A stretch of DNA of 58,201 nt from Nitrosopumilus sp. (lineage in GTDB: Archaea > Thermoproteota > Nitrososphaeria > Nitrososphaerales > Nitrosopumilaceae). The stretch is taken from the NCBI GenBank assembly GCA_003702545.1, contig REGK01000001.1, forward strand, positions 1-58,201. The letters are read 5' to 3'. Below, piece after piece: positions 1 through 10,577 of the stretch. The translations under genes were made by a program, and so were the position numbers. The notes beneath the pieces are model-generated. The model was not told the DNA's origin, did no database searches, and saw nothing but the letters and a program-made list of their open reading frames with translations. Position 1 is the stretch's first letter. The number at the start of each line of letters is the position of its first letter.

Positions 1-899
1 TGCAACATTATATCCGAAGTTAGAGGTTTTGCAAAAACAACATCAAAGATTACCCACATCCATCCATCTTCTAGGGAATAATTAGCCTCAACTGATTCAA
101 AGAAGTTATTGGGGTCTACAACAGTTGTTCTTCCTTTCTCAAATGTGATGTATGTATCACTAATAGAATGGCCCACTGTACCAATACCATTAAAGTTAGT
201 ACGCAGTGTCAGATGTTCAATTTTTGTGCTGTCAATCTCATCATACAGCCTCACTTGAATTTGGATTGGCTGATTAATTACTGCAGGGAAGGTTTGAATT
301 GTTTGTGTGTTTTCAGATAACTCGTAGAACTGACCTCGTTTTTCATAGTTGCCATAATTTTCTAAATCAAGTGTATCGCTGTAAGTACTGTATGGGAAAT
401 AGTCTGCAAATGGAATTAATGCAGATACTGCTTCTTCAGAAACATCTATTGTGTAAAATCCGATTCCTTTAATTTTTGGAGATGGATGTACAGAATCAAT
501 TTCAACACTTTTGATAGTCTGGGTAGATTTTATTGGAATTGCATAAGATACATTAGATGGAGAGCTAACACCCATTGAAGTTACTTCTAGCACTCTAAAG
601 GAATAGAGCTTATCATTTGTTAGATTAGTTACAATTGCAGTAGTTAGAATACTTGTACCATCACTAAAAGTAAGCCAAGTTGAATCACCATCTAATTTGT
701 ATTGTATTATATAGTCATGTACTGGTGACTCGATGTCAGGATTAGGATTCCAACTTAGGATAATTTTTTTATCACCAGGAATTGATTGAAGGTTTATTGG
801 AGCATCTGTGTTTGTCGTAGCTAGTGTATTTTGGTTTAGGACAAGTATGGAAATTAAAAATAATGCAAGAAATGCAAAGAGAATCTTCTGTAAACTCAT
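1..899 (-). CDS. Secreted/surface protein with a fibronectin type III-like domain (partial, runs off the window start)
   Basis: Not in the ORF track. Manual translation from ATG at 899: MSLQKILFAFLALFLISILVLNQ (signal peptide), then APINLQSIPGDKKIILSWNP...YIIQYK...W...VTNLTNDKLYSFRV (FN3 pattern); frame stays open to the edge. Confidence 0.75.
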   Translation of the reverse strand, partial: MSLQKILFAFLALFLISILVLNQNTLATTNTDAPINLQSIPGDKKIILSWNPNPDIESPVHDYIIQYKLDGDSTWLTFSDGTSILTTAIVTNLTNDKLYSFRVLEVTSMGVSSPSNVSYAIPIKSTQTIKSVEIDSVHPSPKIKGIGFYTIDVSEEAVSALIPFADYFPYSTYSDTLDLENYGNYEKRGQFYELSENTQTIQTFPAVINQPIQIQVRLYDEIDSTKIEHLTLRTNFNGIGTVGHSISDTYITFEKGRTTVVDPNNFFESVEANYSLEDGWMWVIFDVVFAKPLTSDIML

Positions 900-969
900 G
901 CTAAGTCCACCACTATGTCGCAAGACATCATTTTTAAGACATATGTCAAGAATCAGATTAGAAAGTCAA

Positions 970-1248
970 ATGAGTGTAAAGATCAAATGTTCACATATTC
1001 TTGTCTCAAAGCAGAGTGAAGCACTTGCAATTATGGAGAAGTTAAAGAGTGGAGAAAAATTTGGAAAGTTGGCAAAAGAACTCTCTATTGATTCAGGCAG
1101 CGCCAAAAAAGATGGAAATCTAGGCTATTTTACAAAAGGCATGATGGTAAAGCCCTTTGAAGATGCAGCATTCAAGTTACAAGTTGGAGAGACATCAGAG
1201 CCAGTAAAATCAGAATTCGGATATCACATTATCAAAAGATTTGGATAA
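970..1248 (+). CDS. Parvulin-type peptidyl-prolyl cis-trans isomerase
   Basis: CSHILV, FGKLAKELSID, GNLGYF, MVKPFE, SEFGYHII motifs. Start moved from 808 to ATG 970 because the upstream part overlaps the divergent gene. Confidence 0.95.
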   Translation: MSVKIKCSHILVSKQSEALAIMEKLKSGEKFGKLAKELSIDSGSAKKDGNLGYFTKGMMVKPFEDAAFKLQVGETSEPVKSEFGYHIIKRFG

Positions 1249-1261
1249 TTGAGTTACAGAC

Positions 1262-1537
1262 ATGACAGTACTTTCAGAAAAAGCGATTGATGAAATTTTA
1301 GATTATTTAGAAAAATCCATTAGAAATCTTGCAAAAGACGTATTTGAGAATATGGAGATGGAAGGAGGGTTTGAAGGAACAATAAACTTTCTAGAAAACC
1401 AATTTGAAATCCGACTAGAAAATTTGCTTGTGGCAAAAAGTTCCAGTACACATCATTTAGAATCAGGGATGAAAAATAAAATTATTCAGAAAAAACAAGC
1501 AATAATTCAAGATATTACAAAACAGTATAAAAATTAG
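1262..1537 (+). CDS. Hypothetical protein
   Basis: 91-aa ORF directly after the parvulin gene, normal composition. Confidence 0.7.
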   Translation: MTVLSEKAIDEILDYLEKSIRNLAKDVFENMEMEGGFEGTINFLENQFEIRLENLLVAKSSSTHHLESGMKNKIIQKKQAIIQDITKQYKN

Positions 1538-3048
1538 ATAAATGCGTCAAGGCCGGTTTTTTTAGTAGTAACTTCCTGATTTTTTTCCAATACTTTGGTC
1601 ATTTTATCACCCATTGCTTTTGATGCAGACATTTTTCGTTTTCCAATCCAATAGTATGTTTCATCAATAGTATTTTTTGCAATTAGCACAACTAGTTTTC
1701 CAGTGTCTTTTCTTCCAGTTCTACCCCTTCTTTGAATGAATCTAACAGAACTAGGGACATTGTCATAAAAGATAACTTGGTTTACCTCAGCAATATCTAG
1801 GCCCTCTTCACCAACACGAGTTGCAATTAGAACATCAAATAGACCATCGCGGAATTTTTGAACCGTTTCAATCTGCTTTTTTTGTTTTAGACCTGTTTCA
1901 CCAGCTTTTCCAATCAAGATTCCTGCAGAAACTCCAAGTTCAGTTAACTTACTGTGAATCAAATCAACAGAGTCACGATAGCTAGTAAAAATCAAAGCTT
2001 TGCCTGGAACAGATTCTATGATATCTTTTAGTTTAGGAATCTTAGAGTGTTCAATTCCTTTGGATTGTGCCTCTTTTGCAAGTTGCACTGCACGAGTAAA
2101 GTTTGGGTCAATTTCAAAGAGTTCCTTTACTCCTGCACCTTTTTTGGCCTTTGCACGCTCACAAAATTTCAAAAAGGGAGTGATGCCATGTGCCTCCAAT
2201 ATGTTCAAAGCATAATGAATCCGAATTGCAGTAAATAGTGGTTTTGCAGAACGTCTATTCTGGTTTAAGACAAATTGTCTAATTCGTAATAAGGCAGAAA
2301 GTGATTGTTGTTGAGCTAGTTTAATACCGTTATCACGTAATGTATCATATCTTTGATCAAGTGCTATTTTCAACAATGTCTGAATCGATTTTAGTTCAGG
2401 TGGAAGTTCGACATTTATCCATTCAGTATTAGTTTCTTGGGTGTAGGGTTTGACATCGGGGCTATTTTCGGTTCTCTCTGCAACACTGGCAATTTTTAAT
2501 TTAGTTAGAATTTCAGTTGCCTTGTCTTTTTCACTTGGCAATGTTGCAGTCATTCCAACAATTCTTGCATCAGAGTTTAGAAAACGCTCTGCGATTCCAG
2601 AGTATGCATAATCTCCAACAGTTCTGTGTACTTCATCAAAAATTACTAAGTTAAATTGATTAGAAGAGACAATTCCTCTATCCAAATCATTTTTTGCAAT
2701 TTCAGGAGTGGCGCAAATTACACTGGTGTTCCAAAGTTTTGTTCTTTTTTGAATAGTATCTTCTCCAGTAATTAAAGAGATATCATCCAGTGTCAAGTTT
2801 TCTTTTAGAAATTCATAATGCTGATTTACAAGAACCCTTGTTGGTGCCAAAAACAACACGCCACCAGTACCTTTAGAAAGATATTCAGCAATGACTTGTA
2901 ATGCAATTGCAGTTTTTCCAAGACCAGTTGGCAAAACAACAATGCAATTTTCAGATATAGCTTGATTTGCAAGATTTACCTGATAATCTCGTTTTTCAAT
3001 AGAGTCTTTTTTGACATATTTTCTTTCAATAAATTCAGTCAAGTACAA
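1534..3048 (-). CDS. hef: Hef/FANCM/Mph1-like SF2 helicase without a nuclease domain
   Basis: LPTGLGKT, DEVH, TAT, EEGLDI and QRRGRTGR motifs; C-terminal PIP-like KTGLDAFI. Confidence 0.9.
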   Translation of the reverse strand: MYLTEFIERKYVKKDSIEKRDYQVNLANQAISENCIVVLPTGLGKTAIALQVIAEYLSKGTGGVLFLAPTRVLVNQHYEFLKENLTLDDISLITGEDTIQKRTKLWNTSVICATPEIAKNDLDRGIVSSNQFNLVIFDEVHRTVGDYAYSGIAERFLNSDARIVGMTATLPSEKDKATEILTKLKIASVAERTENSPDVKPYTQETNTEWINVELPPELKSIQTLLKIALDQRYDTLRDNGIKLAQQQSLSALLRIRQFVLNQNRRSAKPLFTAIRIHYALNILEAHGITPFLKFCERAKAKKGAGVKELFEIDPNFTRAVQLAKEAQSKGIEHSKIPKLKDIIESVPGKALIFTSYRDSVDLIHSKLTELGVSAGILIGKAGETGLKQKKQIETVQKFRDGLFDVLIATRVGEEGLDIAEVNQVIFYDNVPSSVRFIQRRGRTGRKDTGKLVVLIAKNTIDETYYWIGKRKMSASKAMGDKMTKVLEKNQEVTTKKTGLDAFI

Positions 3049-3213
3049 GGGAAATTTACAATTTATCGATTTTATGCTTTCGTGTAGTTGTGCATTGACA
3101 AAGATATACCATTTGATATCAAATTAACAGCAATTTGTGCCTGGAAAAAATTATTTTTCATCAAAAATTCAAAAAACAAGTCCATTTTTATCCCATTATC
3201 GCACAATCTATTC

Positions 3214-3459
3214 ATGAGCGAGAAGAATCCTAACGAAGAATATTTTCAATCATTACTTGAATCTTTGAATAAAGATCCCAATTGGAGAGTAGTTGAAGAG
3301 CAATTAGAAAAATATGAACTAATTAAAAAAGATCTCACACCAGACCAGCAAGCAATAATTTCAGAAATGGGTAGGGCAATGTTGGCATTAGCAGATTCTC
3401 AACCAAAAATCATAATTGATAAATTTCTAGAGTTGGCTCAAAATCTAAATAAAAAATGA
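3214..3459 (+). CDS. Hypothetical protein
   Basis: ORF 3088-3459; the ATG at 3214 (MSEKNPNEEY) is the more plausible start. Confidence 0.6.
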   Translation: MSEKNPNEEYFQSLLESLNKDPNWRVVEEQLEKYELIKKDLTPDQQAIISEMGRAMLALADSQPKIIIDKFLELAQNLNKK

Positions 3460-3469
3460 GAAAAGAAAA

Positions 3470-3658
3470 TTAATCTAGTCTTTTCTTTGCTTTGTTTATC
3501 ATAGCAATCTCTTCACGAAGATGCTTTTTGAGTAATCGCTCATGTGCTTTTTTATGAACACTGTAAGCTTTGTTCAAAGATTTCTTTGTCTTTGCTCGTT
3601 TTACAGCATTGTTGAATTTTTTGTGTATGGCGCTTACTTCAGCAGTATAACTTGCCAT
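3470..3658 (-). CDS. Small Lys/Arg-rich helical protein
   Basis: 62-aa strongly basic ORF with ATG start, filling the intergenic gap. Confidence 0.65.
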   Translation of the reverse strand: MASYTAEVSAIHKKFNNAVKRAKTKKSLNKAYSVHKKAHERLLKKHLREEIAMINKAKKRLD

Positions 3659-3737
3659 TAAAGAAACAGTTCAAAAGATGCTAAAGAAGTTTGTGTGAAT
3701 TCAGAGGTAAATTGATCGCAAAGATTTAGATTTTAAC

Positions 3738-4295
3738 GTGATCCATATATTGAACAGAAAAACAGAATTGTTGTTGAGTACTTTTGATAGACCAAATTGG
3801 GATGAGTATTTTATGTTGCAAGCAGAACTTGCAAAATTACGATCAAACTGTATCACAAGACAGGTAGGAGCAGTCATTGTTAGAAATCACAGGCAATTAG
3901 CAACAGGGTATAATGGTACACCGCCGGGAATCAAAAATTGTTTTGATGGAGGGTGCAAGAGATGTCAATTAAGGATGGAGGGAAAGATAGAAGCGGGAGC
4001 ATCACTTGACAGATGTCTTTGTAATCACGCAGAAGCCAATGCAATAATGCACTGTGCAATTCTAGGAATCGAAGCAGGAGTCGAAGGTGCTGTACTATAC
4101 ACAACATTTGTCCCATGCCTAGAATGCACAAAAATGGCAATTACCATAGGGATTAGAAAATTTGTCTGTCTTGACTCTTATCCAGAAACTGATTTTGAGT
4201 TGTTAAAAGAAGCAGGAGTCGAGGTTGTGCAATTAGATAAATCCAAAATTGCAAAATGGGCTCAAGAGTTAGTTAACAAATACAATTCTGGATGA
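3738..4295 (+). CDS. dCMP deaminase family protein
   Basis: RPNWDEYF, ATGYNG, HAEANA and PCLEC zinc motifs; exact start uncertain. Confidence 0.92.
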   Translation: MIHILNRKTELLLSTFDRPNWDEYFMLQAELAKLRSNCITRQVGAVIVRNHRQLATGYNGTPPGIKNCFDGGCKRCQLRMEGKIEAGASLDRCLCNHAEANAIMHCAILGIEAGVEGAVLYTTFVPCLECTKMAITIGIRKFVCLDSYPETDFELLKEAGVEVVQLDKSKIAKWAQELVNKYNSG

Positions 4296-4299
4296 TAAA

Positions 4300-6858
4300 A
4301 TGCAAGTTAATTTAGAAGAAACTGAAAAAATTGAATCAATGCCACCGTCTTTGTTGGTGTCTGCAACATATGACAATAATTCTAAATCAGCAGTTTTAAA
4401 ATTCTACGAACCCGAATCTCAAAAATTATTTTTGTGGAAAGATGAGATAGGTCACAAACCATATTGTTATTCACGATTAGCTCCAGAAGAATTAGAATTT
4501 CTTCAAGAAAGAGATGATGTCTTAGAAATCAAAACAACTCAAAGATACGATTTGATCAAAGACAAGGAAATTGACATGTCAAAAATTACAGTTGCAGATC
4601 CTCTGGCAATTGGGGGAACAACAGGAGACAAAAGCATCAGGAATGTGATTGAAACATGGGAATCAGACATCAAATATTATGAAAATTATCTATATGACAG
4701 AAAACTAGTAGTTGGAAAATATTACGAAATCATAGATGGAAAAATACAACCACATAATTTAGAAATTTCAGATGAAGTAAAAATTGCTCTAAAGAGTTTG
4801 TTGTGGGACAAAGTAGATAGCGAAAGCATGGTAGATGCTGAAGGGTTTAAAGAATTTGTTTCAGAGTGGGCAGATTTACTGAACCAACCAATTCCAAAGA
4901 TAAAGCGACTCAGTGTAGATATCGAAGTAGAGGCTGAAATTGGTAGAATTCCAGACCCGAAAATTGCTGAAAAGAAGATTACTGCCATTGGAATGAAAGG
5001 TTCTGACCAATTTGATCAAATTTTTGTGCTCAAAACAGAGGGAACCGAGCAAGGTACAAACGAGTTAGACCAAAACATCAAAGTGACATTTTATGATTTA
5101 GACAAAGAAAAAGAGATGATTCATGATGCATTTAAAATAATCAAAGAATTTCCATTTGTTGTAACATACAACGGGGATGAATTTGATTTACCATATCTCT
5201 ATAACAGAGCAGAGAGACTTGGAATCAAAAATTCTGAAAACCCATTTTACATGATGAGAGATTCTGCAACACTCAAGCAAGGCGTACATCTTGACTTGTA
5301 TAGAACATTTTCAAACAGATCATTTCAAATCTATGCCTTTAGTCAAAAATATACAAATTTTTCATTAAATGCAGTTTCAAAGGCATTACTTGGAAAAGAG
5401 AAAATAGATTACGGATTAGAATTTGACCAGCTAACACTCTATCAGACTGCAAACTATTGTTACAATGATGCCCTACTAACATACGAACTTACAAGCTTTA
5501 ACAGCGAATTGTTGATGCAATTACTAGTAATTATTTCAAGAATTGGAAGAATGCCAATTGACGATATTGCAAGAATGGGTGTATCTCAATGGATTCGTAG
5601 TCTTTTGTATTATGAACATAGAAAAAGAAATTGTCTGATTCCAAAAAGACAAGAGCTTGAAAGAAGATCAGAGGGGGTAATGTCAGATGCAGTTATCAAA
5701 GATAAAAAATACAGAGGAGGTCTAGTTGTTGAGCCAAAAGAAGGAATTCACTTTGATGTAGTTGTAATGGACTTTGCAAGTCTATATCCAAGCATCATCA
5801 AAGTCAAAAATCTATCATATGAAACCGTTAGATGTCCACATGAAGATTGCAAGAAAAATGCAGTTCCAGGAACAAACCACTGGACTTGTTCAAAGAAAAA
5901 TGGCCTAACATCTATGATTATTGGTTCGTTAAGAGATTTGAGAGTAAATTACTACAAGAGTTTATCAAAAAAAGAGACTCTGACTGATGAACAAAGACAA
6001 CAATATACAGTTGTCAGTCAAGCACTTAAGGTAATTTTAAACGCCAGTTACGGTGTAATGGGTGCCGAAATATTCCCATTGTATTTCTTACCTGCAGCAG
6101 AAGCTACAACTGCAATTGGAAGGCACACAATTTTAGAGACAATCAAAAAATGTGAAGCGACAGGAATTGAGGTTCTTTACGGGGATACTGATTCATTATT
6201 TATCAAAAACCCAACTAAAGAACAAATTCAAATGGTAATTGAGCAAGCAAAGAAAGATCATGGTGTTGATTTAGAGATTGATAAAACATACAGATACTGC
6301 GTACTAAGTAACAGAAAGAAAAACTATCTTGGAGTCACCAAAGAAGGTAAAGTAGATGTCAAAGGCCTAACAGGAAAAAAATCACACACACCACCATTTA
6401 TCAAAAAACTATTTTACGAATTACTTGAGGTGTTATCCAAAGTTCAAACAATAGAAGATTTCGAGAAAGCAAAGAAGGAGATTTCTGAAAAAATTGCAAC
6501 ATGCGGTAAAAAAGTAGAAGCAAAAGAGATACCACTTGAAGACCTGACATTCAATGTAATGCTCAGCAAAGCACCATCAGAATATACAAAAACAATTCCT
6601 CAACACATACGTGCAGCAAAACAACTTGAAACTATACGTGAAATAAAGAAAGGCGATAGGATTTCTTACATAAAAATTCTAAACAAACCAGGAGTCAAAC
6701 CTGTGGAAATGGCAAAGAAAGAAGAGATTGACTCAAAGAAATACATGGAGTTTATGGAATCAACACTTGAGCAAATCACATCCTCAATGGATTTGGACTT
6801 TGATACAATCTTAGGAAAGCCAAAACAAACAGGGCTAGACGAATTTTTCTGGAATTAG
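4300..6858 (+). CDS. polB: Family B DNA polymerase (PolB1)
   Basis: Exonuclease DIE and YNGDEFD; polymerase DFASLYPS, KVILNASYG, YGDTDS; C-terminal PIP box QTGLDEFF. Confidence 0.97.
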   Translation: MQVNLEETEKIESMPPSLLVSATYDNNSKSAVLKFYEPESQKLFLWKDEIGHKPYCYSRLAPEELEFLQERDDVLEIKTTQRYDLIKDKEIDMSKITVADPLAIGGTTGDKSIRNVIETWESDIKYYENYLYDRKLVVGKYYEIIDGKIQPHNLEISDEVKIALKSLLWDKVDSESMVDAEGFKEFVSEWADLLNQPIPKIKRLSVDIEVEAEIGRIPDPKIAEKKITAIGMKGSDQFDQIFVLKTEGTEQGTNELDQNIKVTFYDLDKEKEMIHDAFKIIKEFPFVVTYNGDEFDLPYLYNRAERLGIKNSENPFYMMRDSATLKQGVHLDLYRTFSNRSFQIYAFSQKYTNFSLNAVSKALLGKEKIDYGLEFDQLTLYQTANYCYNDALLTYELTSFNSELLMQLLVIISRIGRMPIDDIARMGVSQWIRSLLYYEHRKRNCLIPKRQELERRSEGVMSDAVIKDKKYRGGLVVEPKEGIHFDVVVMDFASLYPSIIKVKNLSYETVRCPHEDCKKNAVPGTNHWTCSKKNGLTSMIIGSLRDLRVNYYKSLSKKETLTDEQRQQYTVVSQALKVILNASYGVMGAEIFPLYFLPAAEATTAIGRHTILETIKKCEATGIEVLYGDTDSLFIKNPTKEQIQMVIEQAKKDHGVDLEIDKTYRYCVLSNRKKNYLGVTKEGKVDVKGLTGKKSHTPPFIKKLFYELLEVLSKVQTIEDFEKAKKEISEKIATCGKKVEAKEIPLEDLTFNVMLSKAPSEYTKTIPQHIRAAKQLETIREIKKGDRISYIKILNKPGVKPVEMAKKEEIDSKKYMEFMESTLEQITSSMDLDFDTILGKPKQTGLDEFFWN

Positions 6859-7148
6859 TGTTCGCAATGGAAGTTGATGGAACATTTCTAACAATTCTAG
6901 GAATATCTGCAGGAATTTTGATTCTAACTGGATGGGTGGAGCAAATCTACAAAGGCTACAAAACAAAGAGGCTAAAAGATGTTTCAAAATTCTTAATGAT
7001 ATTCATTTCTATAGGTTCGATTTTGTGGTTAATCTATGGAGTGATAGTAGAAGATGTTTTCATCATTGGAACAAATGCGGCAGGAATTACATTGATGATG
7101 ACGGTTCTAGCTATGAAGAAAATATACGATAAGAGATTAAGAAGTTAA
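6858..7148 (+). CDS. SemiSWEET/PQ-loop-like 3-TM protein
   Basis: Three hydrophobic segments; QIYKGYKTKRLKDVS, LWLIYG and IIGTN patterns. Confidence 0.8.
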   Translation: MFAMEVDGTFLTILGISAGILILTGWVEQIYKGYKTKRLKDVSKFLMIFISIGSILWLIYGVIVEDVFIIGTNAAGITLMMTVLAMKKIYDKRLRS

Positions 7149-7187
7149 ATTAAAGATTAAATACAATACAAAAAGGTTCAAAGAAAG

Positions 7188-7844
7188 ATGTTTGTAATTA
7201 ACTGTAAAAATTATGAAGAAATCTCCGGAGAAAAAATTATCAAATTTGTAAAAACAGCAGAAAAAATATCTAAAAAATTCAAAGTGAAAATTGCAATATG
7301 TCCACCTCAACATCTAATTGGGCTCACAGCAAACAGTTCAATTCCAATTTTTGCACAACATGTTGATGATGCCAAAGTAGGGAGTACAACAGGTTTTGTA
7401 ATTCCAGAATTGTTAAAAAAATCTAAAGTTAATGGATCGCTAATCAATCACAGTGAACATAGAATTTCATCAAAAGAGATCACAAAACTTGTATCAAAAC
7501 TAAAAGAATTGAAAATGATTTCAATTGTTTGTGTAAAAGATGTGGCAGAAGCAAGAAAGTACGCAAAACTAAATCCAAATTATATTGCAATAGAGCCTCC
7601 AGAACTAATTGGTTCAGGCAAGGCAGTATCAACTGAGAGGCCAGAATTAATCACAAAGGCTGCAAATGCAGTAAAAAGTGCAAATAACAGCACAAAACTT
7701 CTTTGTGGAGCAGGAATTGTCTCAGGAGAAGATGTTTCAAAGGCTATAGAATTGGGATCAAAAGGGATCCTTGTGGCAAGTGGCATAATCAAAGCAAAGA
7801 ATTGGGACAAAATAATTTCTGAATTTACCAAGGCATTGGTTTAA
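7188..7844 (+). CDS. tpiA: Triosephosphate isomerase (archaeal type)
   Basis: INCKNY, NHSEHR, AIEPPELIG, GAGI motifs. Confidence 0.96.
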   Translation: MFVINCKNYEEISGEKIIKFVKTAEKISKKFKVKIAICPPQHLIGLTANSSIPIFAQHVDDAKVGSTTGFVIPELLKKSKVNGSLINHSEHRISSKEITKLVSKLKELKMISIVCVKDVAEARKYAKLNPNYIAIEPPELIGSGKAVSTERPELITKAANAVKSANNSTKLLCGAGIVSGEDVSKAIELGSKGILVASGIIKAKNWDKIISEFTKALV

Positions 7845-7871
7845 AAAGCCAAAAAATTTACGCAATTTTGC

Positions 7872-10535
7872 ATGGCAAAAACAAAACCAGTTTATGCGTT
7901 TGAAGAAGCAGACAGTAAACAAAGAATGCTTCTAGGTGGAAAAGGTGCAGGATTAAGCGAGATGACTCGACTAAAACTCCCAGTACCTCCAGGATTTACC
8001 ATTACAACTGAGGTTTGTAACAAGTATTATGAAAACAGCAGAAAACTTCCAAAAGATGTCATGCCATCAGTGATGAAAAATATTGAAAAAATTGAAAAAA
8101 AGACAGGAAAAAAATGGAACTCTACAAAGAACCCATTACTCGTATCAGTAAGATCTGGTGCAGCAATATCAATGCCAGGAATGATGGATACAATTTTGAA
8201 TTTAGGATTAAATGAAAAAACAGTAGAAGGATTAGCAACACAAACAAAGAATCCACGTTTTGCATGGGATTCTTATCGAAGATTTATCCAATTATTTGGC
8301 AAAGTCGTGTTTGGAGTAAATGATGAAAAATTTGATCATGTGTTAGAATCTGCAAAATCTAAACAAGAAGTAAAAGATGATAGTCAACTAAATGTAGAAT
8401 CATTAAAGAAGATTGTATCAGAGTACAAGAAAATATGTGAAAAACATACGAAAAGAAAATTCCCAGATTCCCCTAACGAACAATTAGGATTGGCAATTGA
8501 GGCAGTCTTCAAAAGTTGGATGGGGGAAAGAGCAATTGTTTATCGTGAAAAAAATAACATTACAAAAGATATCGCAAATGGAACTGCAGTAAACGTTGTA
8601 ACCATGGTATTTGGTAATATGGGAGATGATAGTGCTACAGGTGTAGTATTTACAAGAAATGGGCACAATGGTAAAAAAGAGATTGAAGGAGAATACCTAA
8701 TCAACGCACAAGGCGAAGACGTTGTTGCAGGTGTCAGAACAGGAAAGAATGTAGCACTACTCAAAAAAGAGATGCCAAAATCTCACAAAGAATTATCTGA
8801 TGCATGTTCAAAATTAGAGAAACATTTCAGAGAACCACAAGACATTGAATTTACAATTGAACAAGGAAAGTTCTACTTGTTACAAACAAGAACTGCAAAG
8901 ATGAGTGCAGGTGCACTGGTAAAAACATCAGTAGACATGGTAAAAGAAAAATTAATTGATAAGAACAAAGCACTTACAAGAATTCCAGCACAACAACTAG
9001 AAGCATTACTTCACAGAACAATGGATGAATCAAAACTAAAGAACTTTAAACAATTAGCAAAAGGAATTGCAGCATCACCAGGTGCAGCAAGTGGAATTGC
9101 AGTATTTGATGTAAAAAAAGCAATTGAGTTAGGAGAAGCAGGAAAGAAAGTCATCCTAATTAGAAAAGAGACAAAACCTGAAGATGTTCCAGCATTCTTT
9201 TCATCAGAGGGAGTTTTGACAAGTTTAGGAGGAAAATCATCTCATGCAGCTATTGTGTCAAGAGGTATGGGTAAGCCATGTATTGTCGGATGTGCAGAAT
9301 TAAAGATTGATTATGATAACAACACATGTACTGCAAACGGGATAACCCTAAAAGAAGGAGAAGTTATTTCAATTAATGGAAGTGTTGGAACTGTTTTCAT
9401 TGGTGAAGTTCCAACTGTTGAACCAAAAGTAACAAAAGACTTTGAGCAGATTCTAGATTGGGCACAAAAAACCAAAACTCTAGGAATCAGAGCAAATGCA
9501 GACACTCCAGAAGCAGCAAAACTTGCAAGAAAGTTTGGAGGTCAAGGTATCGGATTGTGTAGAACAGAGAGAATGTTCAATGCAAATGACAGAATTGGCT
9601 TGTTTGTAGATATGATTATGGCTGAAAATGCCGAAAAAAGACAAAAAGTTCTAAAGAAATTGGGACAACTACAAAAAAGTGACTTTAAACAGATTCTAAA
9701 AGCTATGGAAGGCTATGAAGTTACAATTAGATTATTAGATCCACCTTTACATGAATTCTTACCAAATCCAGAAGAGTTAGCAGAAAAAATTCAGAAATTA
9801 AAAGAAAAGAATGCAACTGAAGAAATCAAAAAAGCAGAAGTGGTTCTAAAAAGAGCAAGAGAATTAGCAGAAGTAAACCCAATGATGGGCCATAGAGGGG
9901 TTAGAGTCGGAGTAACATATCCAGAAATCTATGAAATGCAAATTCGGGCAGTGTTTGAAGCATTGGTTGATTTAACAAAACAAAAAGTAAAGGCACATCC
10001 ACAAATTATGATTCCGCAAATTAGCAGTATTGCTGAATTAAATCATATTAAGAAAATTTATGATAAAATAAAGAAAGAAGTTGAAACTAAAAACAAGATG
10101 AAATTAACTATTAACTTTGGTACCATGATCGAAGTTGTAAGAGCTGCATTAACTGCAAATGAACTTGCAACCACTGCAGAATTCTTCAGTTTTGGTACAA
10201 ATGACCTTACTCAAGGTACGTTTAGTTTCAGCAGAGAGGATGTTGAAGGAAAATTCCTTCCAGAATACATGGAAAAAGAACTACTTGAGAGAAGCCCATT
10301 CCAGTCAATTGATGTCAACGGTGTTGGAAGTCTAATAAAAATTGGAATTGAACATGGTCGTGGAATAAGAAAGAATATGGAAGTAGGAATTTGCGGAGAA
10401 CATGGAGGAGATCCTGATTCAATCAAATTCTGTCACGGTGCAAAACTAAGCTACGTTAGTGCATCACCACATAGAATTCCAATTGCAATTGTTGCAGCAG
10501 CTCAGGCAGCAATTGAACAATCAAAGAAAAAATAA
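7872..10535 (+). CDS. ppdK: Pyruvate, phosphate dikinase
   Basis: LLGGKG, SVRSGA..SMPGMMDT, SHAAIVSR phospho-His, GIGLCRTE, SFGTNDLTQ, GICGEHGGDP. Confidence 0.97.
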   Translation: MAKTKPVYAFEEADSKQRMLLGGKGAGLSEMTRLKLPVPPGFTITTEVCNKYYENSRKLPKDVMPSVMKNIEKIEKKTGKKWNSTKNPLLVSVRSGAAISMPGMMDTILNLGLNEKTVEGLATQTKNPRFAWDSYRRFIQLFGKVVFGVNDEKFDHVLESAKSKQEVKDDSQLNVESLKKIVSEYKKICEKHTKRKFPDSPNEQLGLAIEAVFKSWMGERAIVYREKNNITKDIANGTAVNVVTMVFGNMGDDSATGVVFTRNGHNGKKEIEGEYLINAQGEDVVAGVRTGKNVALLKKEMPKSHKELSDACSKLEKHFREPQDIEFTIEQGKFYLLQTRTAKMSAGALVKTSVDMVKEKLIDKNKALTRIPAQQLEALLHRTMDESKLKNFKQLAKGIAASPGAASGIAVFDVKKAIELGEAGKKVILIRKETKPEDVPAFFSSEGVLTSLGGKSSHAAIVSRGMGKPCIVGCAELKIDYDNNTCTANGITLKEGEVISINGSVGTVFIGEVPTVEPKVTKDFEQILDWAQKTKTLGIRANADTPEAAKLARKFGGQGIGLCRTERMFNANDRIGLFVDMIMAENAEKRQKVLKKLGQLQKSDFKQILKAMEGYEVTIRLLDPPLHEFLPNPEELAEKIQKLKEKNATEEIKKAEVVLKRARELAEVNPMMGHRGVRVGVTYPEIYEMQIRAVFEALVDLTKQKVKAHPQIMIPQISSIAELNHIKKIYDKIKKEVETKNKMKLTINFGTMIEVVRAALTANELATTAEFFSFGTNDLTQGTFSFSREDVEGKFLPEYMEKELLERSPFQSIDVNGVGSLIKIGIEHGRGIRKNMEVGICGEHGGDPDSIKFCHGAKLSYVSASPHRIPIAIVAAAQAAIEQSKKK

Positions 10536-10577
10536 TCCAGTATCGTTTAATAGAGATTAAGTTTTACTAAATCTCAA

